Shown: positions 43,290 to 55,046, counted from the stretch's first letter. The stretch is DNA of 64,000 nt from Octopus vulgaris (GCA_951406725.2 OX597833.1:16120001-16184000), one strand, 5' to 3'. Made by a program: numbers and translations. Notes: generated by a model not told the origin, from the sequence alone.

Positions 43290-44500
43290 ATGTGGAAAGC
43301 TAGAATAAGCGTTGACATGTTGGAGAAAATGCTTAGCGCCATTTCTTCCTTTTCTTTTTTTAAGTTCTGCGTTGAAATTGGGCCGAAATCAACTTTCGTT
43401 TTTGTCTCTTCGAGATCGATAAAATAAAGCACCCTTTAAGCACTGGGATCGATGTAATCGACTAGCCGCCTCCTTAAAAAATTACAAACTTTTTCTTTTT
43501 TTTTTTGCTTATTGTTGAAAGAATTATTTTTTATAATTATTTTAAAAGGCGGCGAGCTGGCAGAAACGTTAGCACGCCGTATTTCGTCTGCTGTTATGTT
43601 ATGAGTTCAAATTCCGCCGAGGTCGACTTTGCCTTTCATCCTTCCGAGATCGATTAATTAAGCACCAGTTACGCACTGGGGTCGATATAATCGACTTAAT
43701 CCGTTTGTCAGTCCTTGTTTGTCCCCTCTGTGTTTAGCCCCTTGTGGGTAGTAATGAAATAGATACTCCGTCTGTCGCTTCGTTCTGAGTTCAAATTCCA
43801 CCGAGGTTGACTTTGCCTTTCATCCTTTCGGGGTCGATAAATTTAAGTACCAGTTACGCACTGGGGTCGATGTAATCGACTTAATCAGTTTGTCTGTCCA
43901 TGTTTGACCCCTCTGTGTCTAATCCCTTGTGGGTAGTAACGAGATAGGTATTTCGCCCGTCGCTACGTTCTGAGATCAAATTCCGCCGATGTCGACTTTG
44001 CCGTTCATCCTTTCGGGGTCGATAAATTAAGTACCAGTGGAACACTTGGGTCCATATAATCGATTAGTTCCCACCCGACAAATTTGAGGCCTTGTGCCTT
44101 CAGTAGAAAGGATTATAGTAATTATTAGAGTTATCATATAAGGCACCGACCTGGTAGAACCGTTACCACGTCGGGCAAAATGCTTAGCGATATTCCGTCT
44201 GTCTTCACGATCTGAGTTCGAATTCCGCCGAGGTCGACTTTGCCTTTCATCCTTTCGGGGTCGGTAAATTAAGTACCGGTGAAACACTGGGGCCTCTCCC
44301 CCAAAATTTCAGGCCTTGTACCTTTAGTAGAAAGGATTATTATAATTACTAATGTCTTCGTTTAGCACGTCAAACAAAATGCTTAGTAACATTTCGTCCG
44401 TCTTTACGTTCTGAGTTTAAATTCTTACGAGGTCGAGTTTGCCTTACATTCTTTCGGGGTCAATAAAATAAGTACGAGTTGAGCAGTCGGGTCGATGGAA
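43290..44500 (+). mobile_element. Cluster of about six SINE-B copies, tandem and truncated
   Basis: Repeated gttctgagttcaaattccgccgaggtcgactttgcctttcatcc; full head at about 43548. Confidence 0.8.
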
Positions 44501-44617
44501 AACGAGTAACCAGTTATGATTCTTAGGGCTCAAGTAAAATACACTACCATTTGCCTTCGTTCTCGTTTTGATTTTATATAAAAATATTTAAATAGCAAAA
44601 TTTATATCCTACGTATT

Positions 44618-44916
44618 GTTGTTGTTTGTTCCTTCTCGAGCCATGCCTTGATCATAAGGGCCGGTTTCCCGGTTTCTTTGGCGTATAAGTTCCCCACCTG
44701 GACGAGACGCCGGTCCGTCGCAGGTGAGCTGCAAGATTAAAGAGTGAGAGAAAGTTGTGGCGAAAGAGTCAGCAGAAGTTCATTACCTTCTGCCGGTGCC
44801 GGGTGGGGCTTAGGCGTTTCGCTCATAAACACACACATCGCCCGGTCGGAGATTCGAACCCGCGATCCCTCGACCGCGATTCTGCTGCCTTAACCACTAG
44901 GCCATGTGCTTCCACA
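44618..44916 (-). mobile_element. SINE-C with tail beta
   Basis: Reverse complement of the 12983-13284 type. Confidence 0.8.
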
Positions 44917-45098
44917 TGTTAGATATCATTTACGTTAGATATCATTTACGAAGGTTGTACTATTACGGAATGGCTACGGGTGCCTGGGGTTGATGTAATC
45001 GTCTATCCTCCTCTCCCAAATTTCAATCCTTGTGCCTATAGTAGAAAGGTTTATTACGGAATGGCAACCGTTTTTCTCTTACATAAGTATTTAAGAAA

Positions 45099-45346
45099 TT
45101 CTGTTGTCTGGGGAGAGTCATTTTCTTTTTGTGCCTTATAATTTAACACACTCACCGGTAAAATTTCCACTTATTTCTTATTTTTATTTTCCTAAAACCT
45201 TTTCAATAATCAAGACCATTGAAAAGGTTGCAAGACGCAACGAAAATTTTAGGAAACTAAAAATAAGAAATAAGTGGAAATTTTACCGGTGAGTGTGTTA
45301 AATTATAAGGCACAAAAAGAAAATTAGTCTCCCCAGACACAACAGA
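45099..45346. repeat. Long inverted repeat (arms about 100 bp)
   Basis: 45099-45197 is the near-perfect reverse complement of 45247-45346. Confidence 0.9.
45216..45253 (+). ncRNA. Minimal type I hammerhead motif with U3-A8 core
   Basis: cca-TTGAAAA-g-gttgc aagac gcaac-GAAA-atttt-agg; clean 5-bp stem II; the stem I/III register is uncertain. Confidence 0.5.
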
Positions 45347-45790
45347 AAATGCTTCAACACACGAACTCATATAAAGGATCTTGCAAGCCAAATCCCAAAA
45401 AACGAAATATTTAAGAAATATTTTAAACGAAAATAGTTGTTAAATGACTCTCCTCAGACACAACAGAATATGCTTCAACACGCGAACTCATATAAAGAAT
45501 CTTGTAAACAAAATCCCAAAACGAAATATTTAAGATATTTAAGAAATATTTAAACGAAAATAGTTGTTAAACGACTCTCCTCAGACACAACAGAATATGC
45601 TTCAACACACGAACTCATATAAAGAATCTTGCAAACCAAATCCCAAAACGAAATATTTAAGATATTTAAGAAATATTTAAACGAAAATAGTTGTTAAATG
45701 ACTCTCCCCAGACACAACAGAATATGCTTCAACACACGAACTCATATAAAGAATCTTGCAAACCAAATCCCAAAACGAAATATTTAAATA
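45327..45790. repeat. Tandem repeat, about 120-130 bp, 4 copies
   Basis: ctc(c/t)cagacacaacagaatatgcttcaacacacgaactcatataaagaatcttgc recurs at about 45328, 45448, 45575 and 45702. Confidence 0.9.
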
Positions 45791-46225
45791 TTACTTAAAT
45801 ATTTTGGTTTTTGGACTTGGTTTGCAAAACTGAAAATAGTTGTTAATCTGAATAAGCAGAACTTTCGAGAAAATGTCTTGTCGGCCTTTAATTTTCCAAA
45901 TTTGAAACGCGTCGGGTCGACTTGCTCTTGTATTCTTTTGGGTTCCAGCAGCCAAAACTAATTTAATCGGCGGTACCTATGTTAGAAAATTAATATTTAA
46001 ACAAACACAAACGATAACAGGACATCAAAGAATATTGTATGATTAGACACGGATGGAAGGACAAGAAATATAAAATGGCTACCTTTGGGGATTTTATTAA
46101 TTTCATTAAATCTATCAATCTATCTTCGATTTATATTGATCTACATAAACTATTTGTATTAACAGAGAGAAATGAATTGACGCCAACACAGGAAATTCAA
46201 CTGAGGATGCTTGTCTCCTTTCCTT

Positions 46226-46228
46226 GAT

Positions 46229-46282
<54 letters not shown>

Positions 46283-46350
46283 GGTGGTGGTGGTGGTGGT
46301 GGTGGTGGTGGTGATGGTGATGATGATGATGTTGGTGGTGGTGGTGGTGG

Positions 46351-46382
<32 letters not shown>

Positions 46383-46473
46383 GTGATGTTGGTGGTGGTG
46401 CTGATGGTGATGATGATGATGGTAATTGTGATGGTGGTGATGGTGATGATGATGATGATGATGATGATGGTGG

Positions 46474-46512
<39 letters not shown>

Positions 46513-46659
46513 CGACGACGACGATGACGACGACGATGATGATGAGGATGATGATGACGATGATGATGATGACGATGATGATACTGATGATGATGATGAC
46601 GACAACGATGATGTTGACGATGATGATGATGACGACGACGACGACGACGATGATGACGG

Positions 46660-46712
<53 letters not shown>

Positions 46713-46722
46713 CAGTAGTAGT
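46226..46722. repeat. (GAT)n/(GGT)n/(GAC)n microsatellite
   Basis: Seen directly. Confidence 0.95.
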
Positions 46723-47470
46723 AAGATGCTCTGATGCAATACCGGGAGGTCGTTGCCATGGCTTCTGATATTAACTGACTGGGAAGTTACATATTTGCTC
46801 TTGGTATAAAAAAGATGGTCTTACAGCAAATATTCTGCTCAATACCACAGATTTGCTTGTCAGTTGCTTGACCTTAACCAGTTGAGCATGTCCCTTGGTG
46901 GCTGACGATATGTGCATCTCTGACCACGAGCAGAAGTAGTGGGGAGCGGGTCATCATAGTCATGTGTTGAGAGTAATTCATGGGTGTTTGGTTGATCATC
47001 TTTAAACAACCCTTATTCGGGGACCTTTTGAACGGAATGGGATACTCGACCTGAAGAAAATTTTTAACTGGGCCCTATCTGCAAGGTCATGGTCTGTTAA
47101 TCTAGATTTGAAATCACCATGTGAAGAGAACAGGGAGCTAGGGAATAAGGTAACAGGATGGAAAACGAGAAAAAATTCGTGAACATTCAAGGATGTACAA
47201 ATATAGTAGGGCGGCACGCGTGCGTACTACTTTCGGAGAAGCAGATGGATGAGGTTAAGAAACATAAAGGAAGGGTTACAAATACTGGAGAATTGAGGCA
47301 GAAATGAAGAAAATAAAGGACAATATTAGTTATAAAGAACTAATAGACATGCATGGCTTGGATGTGTTGAAGGGAAGCCCAAGATAAAAGAAAGCAAGTG
47401 ATGCTGTTTGAGGTGGGGCAAGCAGCACATTTCCATTTTCTCATTCTCGTTATTCATCCATATTATCATC

Positions 47471-47942
47471 ATTCTTCTTCTTCTTTTTCTTCTTCTTCTT
47501 CTTCTTCTTCTTCTTCTTCTTCTTCTTCTTCTTCTTCTTCTCCTTCTTCTTCTTTTCTTCTTCTTCCTCCTTTTCTTCTCCTCCTCCTCCTCCTCTTCTC
47601 CTCCTTCTTCTTCTTCTTCTTCTTCTTCTTCTTCTTCTTCTTCTTCTTTTCTTCTTCTTCCTCCTTTTCTTCTCCTCCTCCTCCTCTTCTCCTCCTTCTT
47701 CTTCTTCTTCTTCTTCTTCTCTTCTTCTTCTTCTTCTCCTTCTCCTCCTTCTTTTCTTCTTCTTCTTCTTCATCTTTTCTTCTTCTTTCTCATTTTCTTC
47801 TTCATCTTTTCTTCTTCTTTCTCATTTTCTTCTTCTTCTTTTCTTCTTCTTCTTCTTTTTCTTCTTCTTCTTTTTCTTCTTCTTCTCTTCTTCTTTTTTC
47901 TTCTTCTCCTTTTCTTCTTCTTCATCTCTTCTTCTTCTTCTT
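47471..47942. repeat. (TTC)n tract, the expanded (GAA)n tail of the adjacent RTE
   Basis: Directly continuous with the RTE ORF end on the minus strand. Confidence 0.9.
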
Positions 47943-48396
47943 CACCCTTTTTGCCCCTTGTGGAGCATAGGGCCTCAACAGTTGTTTTCCACTTTTTGCG
48001 GTCATTGGTGTGTTTCTTGGCTGCTTCCCATGTCAGGCCGGTGGTCCTGAGCTCGTCCAAAATGCTCCACTTCCATGTCTGCTTCAGGCGTCCTCGCTTC
48101 CTTTTCCCCTGTGGGTTCCAGTCAAGTGCTTGTCGTGTCACATTTGAGGGTCCTTTCCGCAGTGCGTCCCCGATCCATCTCCATTTCCTTCGTCTAATCT
48201 GAGCATGTATGGGCTCCTGGTTGGCCCTTTCCCACAGGTTGGTGTTTGGCACTCTGTCGAACCACTTCAGATGGAGGATCTGCCGGAGACATTTGTTGAT
48301 GAAGGTCTGGATCTTCTTGTAGTTGCTGCAGGTGGCTCTCCGTGTTTCAGAGCCATACAAAAGCACAGATTTTACGTTTGGACTAAATAAGCGGAT
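47943..48396 (-). mobile_element. RTE-clade LINE 3' fragment
   Basis: NVKSVLLYGSET...FINKCLRQILHLKW...IRRRKWRWIGDALRK...ALDWNPQGKRKRGRLKQTW...DRKKWKTTVEALC. Confidence 0.9.
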
Positions 48397-48459
48397 AAAT
48401 AATTATGATAAATAGTCGAACTAAACTCCGCTTAGTTATCATAATTATAGTTTTAATTA

Positions 48460-48873
48460 AATTTTATTTTAATTATTTTGTGTTATGTGTCCCCACATGT
48501 GTTTGTGTTGTCCCCTCTTTATCGGCCCCTTGTGGGCATTAAAGTAAGAAGTTCACCAGCATCGGTTGTCAAGCAATGCTAGGGGGACAAACACAAACAT
48601 AGACACACAAATACACACATATATATATACATATATACGACGGGCTTTTTCAGTTCCGTTCAGTTAGTTTGGCCTATAGTAAAGCAAATAGCAAGGTGCC
48701 ACGTAGGGGGACATGGAGTTAAGAACCATGTGGTTGGTCAAGCAAACTACTTACCACACAGCCACTCCTGTGTTTTAGGGAAATTTGATTTTAATTATTT
48801 TGTCGTTATGTGTCACCATCTCGTCTGTGTTGTCCCATCTTTGTCGGTCCCTTGTAGGCAATAAAGAAAGAAG
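48460..48873. mobile_element. Two L1/Tx1-type 3' tails (+; about 48465-48552 and 48788-48873) flanking a mosaic reverse SINE-A
   Basis: gccccttgtgggcattaaag and gtcccttgtaggcaataaagaaa; SINE-A reverse copy at 48555-48770. Confidence 0.55.
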
Positions 48874-48874
48874 T

Positions 48875-49135
48875 TCGCCCTGCGTGCTAACGATTCTGCC
48901 AGCTCACATTATTTATATATATTTCTTTATTATCCACAAGGGGCTAAACATAGAGGGGACAAACAAGCACAGACACATCGACCACAGTGCGTAACTGGTA
49001 CTTAATTTATCGACCCCGAAAGGATGAAAGGCAAAGTCAACCTCGGCGGAATTTGAACTCAGAACGTAACGGCAGACGAAATACGGCTACGCATTTCGCC
49101 CGGCATGTTAACGTTTCTACCATCTCACAGCCTTA
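48875..49135 (-). mobile_element. SINE-B (tail 1) plus a head remnant
   Basis: Reverse complement of the SINE-B body. Confidence 0.75.
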
Positions 49136-49385
49136 TTTCATTTATATATATTAACAGACTGACCGTCGCGCTTTTCTCCAGTTGCAGCCTGATAAGACTG
49201 AGGATTCTCGTAGAATGGGAGCCCAAGGGTTCCTATTGCTTAATTGATAGGGTACGGTGATCGCCCGACGATATTCCAGATACAAGAAATACGTTTCCTG
49301 GGTCTTTGTTTCAACTGGGACTACAGTTCATTGGCGCGAAAATATAACGACGAAGATGTATACATTCTGGAAGATTATTTGAAGT

Positions 49386-49415
49386 ATGATGATGATGATG
49401 ATGATGATGATGATT

Positions 49416-49459
<44 letters not shown>

Positions 49460-49460
49460 A

Positions 49461-49543
<83 letters not shown>

Positions 49544-49558
49544 AATGATGATGATTAC

Positions 49559-49602
<44 letters not shown>

Positions 49603-49844
49603 GAATGATGATGATGATGATGATGAGAATGATGACGATGAGGATCATTATGTCAATGACGATGATGAAGAAGACGATGGTAACGACAATAACTATAATG
49701 ATAGGGGCGTTGGTGAGGAGGATGACATCAACGACTTTGCTAATGATGATCGTGATGATTATGTCGTCCATGATGACATCGTCCACCACGACGACAACGA
49801 CGACGGTTATGATGATGATGATGTTGATGATGATGATGATGATG

Positions 49845-49880
<36 letters not shown>

Positions 49881-50353
49881 TCGATGATGATGATGATGAT
49901 GATGACGAAGACGATACTCGTCAGCGTCGTCGGCGTCGTAAAAAGTGTGATGATTAAAACACTGGTGGTGAGTGGTGGTGGTGGTGGTGGTGGTTGTGGT
50001 GGTGGTGGTGGTGGTTGTGGTGGTGGTGGTGGTGGTGGTGGTAATGGTGGTGGTGTTAATGGTGTTAATGATAGCACTAATGGTTGATGGTAATTATGAT
50101 GATCATTTTGGTAATGAAGATGGTGCTAATTGATATTAACTTATTAACGGTGTTAGCAATTATTTGTGATTAAAGAACATCTGGAGATGGTGCACATGAT
50201 GATAATGATAATAAAGACAAGTTGATGATGATGATGATGATAATGATGATGGTCGTCGTCATCGTCGTCGTTGTCATCGTCGTCATCGTTGTGATGAAGA
50301 AGATGGCAAATATGATGGTAACGATGATGACGGCTGTAGCATTTTGTAATAAC

Positions 50354-50401
<48 letters not shown>

Positions 50402-50424
50402 GAAGAAGAAGAAGAAGAAGTAGA

Positions 50425-50482
<58 letters not shown>

Positions 50483-50535
50483 ATAGTAGTAGTAGTAGAA
50501 AAAGAAGAAAAGGAAAAAGAAGGAGGAGGAGGAGA
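49386..50535. repeat. (GAT)n/(GGT)n/(GTA)n/(GAA)n compound microsatellite
   Basis: Seen directly. Confidence 0.9.
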
Positions 50536-50834
50536 GAAGGAGGTCGACATATGTGGATGTTTGTAACACAAAAAAATCGTGCATAGCTTTCCTACGTGGT
50601 ATCAATGTCTACACCACCATCATTAAAAAGTTAATACACCACCACCACAACCCCCCCCATCCCTTCTGCGAGCCATCCTCTCAGTGATCACGCCTTCCCC
50701 AATTCCTAGCATTACACCCCCCCAAAAAAAAAACACCACCACTTCACTCATCCAGATAAAAGCATCACATCGTCTTCTCTCTTTATCCCTCTATCTCAGT
50801 ATATATAAGCATATATATATATATATATATATAT

Positions 50835-51161
50835 ATAGCAGTATCGCCCGGCGTTGCTAAGGTTTGTAAGGGAAATAACTATAAAGCATTTTTAGAGAGT
50901 TATAGCCAAAAAAATAGCAAAAAAATGGAAAAAAAATGATGGTAAATTTTTTGAGAGTTAAAAAAGGTGGAGTTGCGTTCAGACGGTCTGTGGTTTGGGT
51001 CTGATTCTCGACCCCATGTCGAATTTATCGATACTTTTTCAGAAATGGCAGAACAGTTCCCAAACATTAATGGAGGTCTATATCGTGATGATTGTTTACT
51101 TTACCTTCAAAATGTTTCCGACCAAAAAGTACAGACAAACTGCCGTTTATATATAGAGAGA
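50835..51161 (-). mobile_element. Non-autonomous Helitron with an internal 92-bp Penelope RT segment
   Basis: Minus strand 5' TCTCTCTATATATAAACGGCAG..., 3' ...gcaacgccgggcgatactgcta; termini related to 13652-14162. Confidence 0.7.
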
Positions 51162-51164
51162 TAT

Positions 51165-52440
51165 ATATCGTAAAGTTTAACTATAGGCTGTGGGTCCGTA
51201 AAGACACACCAGATGGTTTTGATGTTACAATGGGAAGTTCTGATTCAGCACAAGTAGCTGATTTAGTCTATATATATATATATACTTTATGAAATGGCAG
51301 AACAGTTCCCAAACATTAATGGAGGTCTATATCGTGATGATTGTTTACTTTACCTTCAAAATGTTTCCGACCAAAAAGTACAAAGGTTAAGAATAGTTTA
51401 TAGATTGGGCTTAAGCATCGTCTTTGATGATGATGTAACGAAGGCTAACTTTTTAGATTTTACACTTAACTTACACAATAATTATTACTTCCCATACCAC
51501 AAACCATCGACCAATCTTGAGTATATTAGCAAATTCAGTAATCATTCTAGGGCAATTACTAGGAACTTAGTTAAGTATATTTCATTTAGATTGTCTAAGT
51601 TATCTGCTAATATTGACATTTTCAGTGTTATGCCGAATTTTATATCACTGCTTTACTTAAAGTAGGTTATACAGAGAAAGCTACCTACATTAATTCCATT
51701 CAATCTTATTCTACTAATGGAGATATGAAATCTAGTTGTAAGGCTATAAACGATATCAATCTTAATTCATACGCCAACGCCAAACAGAGGAAGGGAGATA
51801 ACCCTTATTTAAACCCCTATTTTCGTTCTAAAGGTAAATCGAATGTCTTTCAAAGATAGTTACACTAAAACTGAGGTAACTAATAGTAAAACCATTTGGC
51901 TAATTATTCCTTATGGGAGGCAAATTAAATCTAATCTTCCTTTGCAGTTTCGTGAAGCTATTATTAGGAATTTTCCAAAGAATTCTAGGTATTACTCTAT
52001 TATCAACTCACGGTTGGGATTGGTTTTTCCAACACAAAAAATCTCTTACAAATTATCTCCTCACATAATATTAGCCTGTTAAATCGGGATACATTTACTA
52101 AAACTAAGATTAATTTAGCTAGTACCATCTATTCCCCTCGAAATATTAATAACAAGGTTATTGTATCTGAAGTCAATTACAACAGAATTAAGCTTATGTC
52201 AAGTAACTCTAAAATTTAAAATGCTATATACCGGTGTAAAATTACTTATGGTAATGAAGTAATTTTTATAACTCTATTTATTTATATATTATACAAAATA
52301 TTTCACGTAAACTCGGAGTTTCTACCTTTAGAAACAAGGAGTTACAACCTTTTTACTCGTGCGATTTTTTGCTACCTTGGTAACTATTTATCTATTTTTT
52401 CCGTGTTAATTTTTAACAAGAGAAAAATATACACATCTAT
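51165..52440 (+). mobile_element. Penelope-like element (Naiad-like) RT/thumb fragment, degenerate
   Basis: WVRKDTPDGFDVTMGSSDSAQVADLV...GGLYRDDCL...ANFLDFTLNL..YFPYHKP...YISKFSNH...ISFRLSKLS; later IIRNFPK..IISSHN and NAIYRCKI (start of GIY-YIG region); flanked by (TA)n. Confidence 0.8.
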
Positions 52441-52770
<330 letters not shown>

Positions 52771-52983
52771 CACATTAACTATTCGCACTAAATTCGATTA
52801 ACTTTTGACTTTATTCGTTTAGAAACGTTAACACCAATGATCAAACAGCAATCATAAGCCGTAATTGACAGAAAATTGAAGAGAGACTTACGAACCGGAC
52901 GCGACAAAATAATATCAACTCAAACAACGCGGCGACACAATCAGAACCGTACGTCATCTGATAGGGATCAAAGCGTGATTGCA

Positions 52984-53038
<55 letters not shown>

Positions 53039-53229
53039 TGTAGTAGTGGCGGTGGTGGTGGTGGTGGTGGTGGTGCAACAATAATTAATGACACTATATC
53101 AGTAAAAGTTGTTTCGATGTTGCGGAATGAACCGCCATATTGTAAAACAGTAACTGACAGTCGGAGCAGACGACACAACAGATGAAATGACAGCGACAAT
53201 ATTTATTTATTATTGATAAAATTCAACTC

Positions 53230-53687
53230 TCTCTTTTACTCTTTTACTCTTTTACTTGTTTCAGTCATTTGACTGCGGCCATGCTGGAGCACCGCCTTTT
53301 AGTCGCGCAAATCGACCCCGGGACTTATTCTTTTGTAAGCCCAGTACTTATTCTATCGGTTCTCTTCTGCCGAACCGCTAAGTGACGGGGACGTAAACAC
53401 ACCAGCATCGGTTGTCAAGCAATGCTAGGGGGACAAACACAGACACACAAACACACACACACATACATATATATATATACATATATACGACAGGCTTCTT
53501 TCAGTTTCCGTCTACCAAATTCACTCACATGGCATTGGTCGACCCGAGGCTATAGCAGAAGACACTTGCCCAAGATGCCACGCAGTAGGGGGACTGAACC
53601 CGGAACCATGTGGTTGGCTAGCAAGCTACTTGCCCAAGATGCCATGCAGTGGGACTGAACCCGAACCACAGAGCCACTCCTGCGCCT
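53230..53687 (-). mobile_element. SINE-A, full length with an internal duplication
   Basis: Reverse complement of SINE-A; acttgcccaagatgcca and gggactgaaccc occur twice. Confidence 0.85.
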
Positions 53688-53843
53688 ATATCCTCAACTG
53701 AGGATATTTTTTTAATGAATTTTTTTTTTTTTTGAAGTGTTCTCATCACTTTTTTTTTTCTTTTTGTCATCGGAGACCACTTACAACAATATTAGATAGA
53801 TACCTTCTAGCTAGCTACCTTCTAGCTAGCTAGCTAGCTAGTG

Positions 53844-53920
<77 letters not shown>

Positions 53921-54561
53921 TGTTTCTTTATTAGCCACACAGGGCTGCACACAGACGGAACAAATTACAAAGTAGAGCTTTTCTTTTTGGGGAGAAAAAA
54001 AGTGTGATAGGTTTTCAATCAATAGGGATCGTAGAAAGGAAAAAAAAGGAAAGAAAAAAGGAAAAAAGAAAAGAAAAAACGATCAATAGGGATCGTGTAT
54101 CACAGAAGTGTCATGATGTAAAGTGTAAAGGGGGAAACAGATAAGGTTCATCCATGGAAAGAAAAGCCTACGAAAAAGACCACGGTAACCTCGATCAATA
54201 AGGTTACATGTTAACACAGTTATTTGCAAATAAGTAACTCTCTGTTTTAAATTTTTCCTTATTCATAGGATTATGCTCAAGGTGGCTTCGTCATTCATAC
54301 GTGCCATCCTTGCTACATTCATCTATCTTTTTTTTAAACATTCGCTAGACAAACCTCCCCTCTCTACGCTCACTTACCTTTTCAAGTGATACTTGAAAAA
54401 GTTGAGGAGAGATTGACCAGAGAGGAAAGTGTTTGTCTCTAATCCTTTCAGACGCGTCCACCAGATACATTCTTTCGCCATAGCCACAAGGATGATGAAA
54501 ATAGCTCTTCCTTCCCGTTTGAAGGAAGGAGGCGTGACGATATTGACGATAGACTCAGCTG
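53921..54561 (-). mobile_element. Tx1/L1-clade LINE 3' fragment inside (GATA)n
   Basis: SAESIVNIVTPPSFKREGRAIFIILVAMAKECIWWTRLKGLETNTFLSGQSLLNFFKYHLKR; 3'UTR ends gccctgtgtggctAATAAAgaaaca; (GATA)n at 53844-53920 and 54562-54627. Confidence 0.75.
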
Positions 54562-54626
<65 letters not shown>

Positions 54627-55046
54627 TAAAAGTTGCACTGAATCAGCTCGTTAACCTTGCAGCAGCAGTTGTGGCATCATTCAGCGTAAAAGGAAATGCA
54701 CGCTCCCCTGTAAATTAATTTGATCGTGAAGCAGCAATAATTTGCGCGTTTTTTTCTGCGCGACGGGACGCAACTTTTCCAGCTGAATTTCGATGTGATG
54801 ATTGTAAATTATTGAATCTTGCGCTGTCGGCAGTTAATCTGGATAACCTGGTTGTCCTCCGCACCTCGGTTTCATTAGCTGTACACTGCTTTGCCCTAAT
54901 CGCATCGGTTGGCAATCTGCTAAGACACCGTTTTTTTTTTCCACGCGGCATTAAACTGAAATCTGTAAAAAAAAAAAAACCATCATATAATGCAATCGAA
55001 TCTAAAGATAAGAATAACTCGAAGAAATATTTTGAAATATATTCAA

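Noticed and set aside
46770-47125. Possible interspersed repeat or ncRNA
   Set aside because: It occurs once in the window with no diagnostic termini, TSD or coding motif, so it cannot be classified from this sequence.
47950-47965. gccccttgtgg shared between the RTE end and SINE-B tail 1
   Set aside because: Only 11 nt and antisense relative to the RTE; the Tx1 match is longer and in the sense orientation.
49244-49957. 237-aa Asp-rich ORF resembling acidic biomineralisation proteins
   Set aside because: It starts at TTG, has no signal peptide and is mostly a decaying (GAT)n tract like those at 46226 and 27683; no splice structure I can support.
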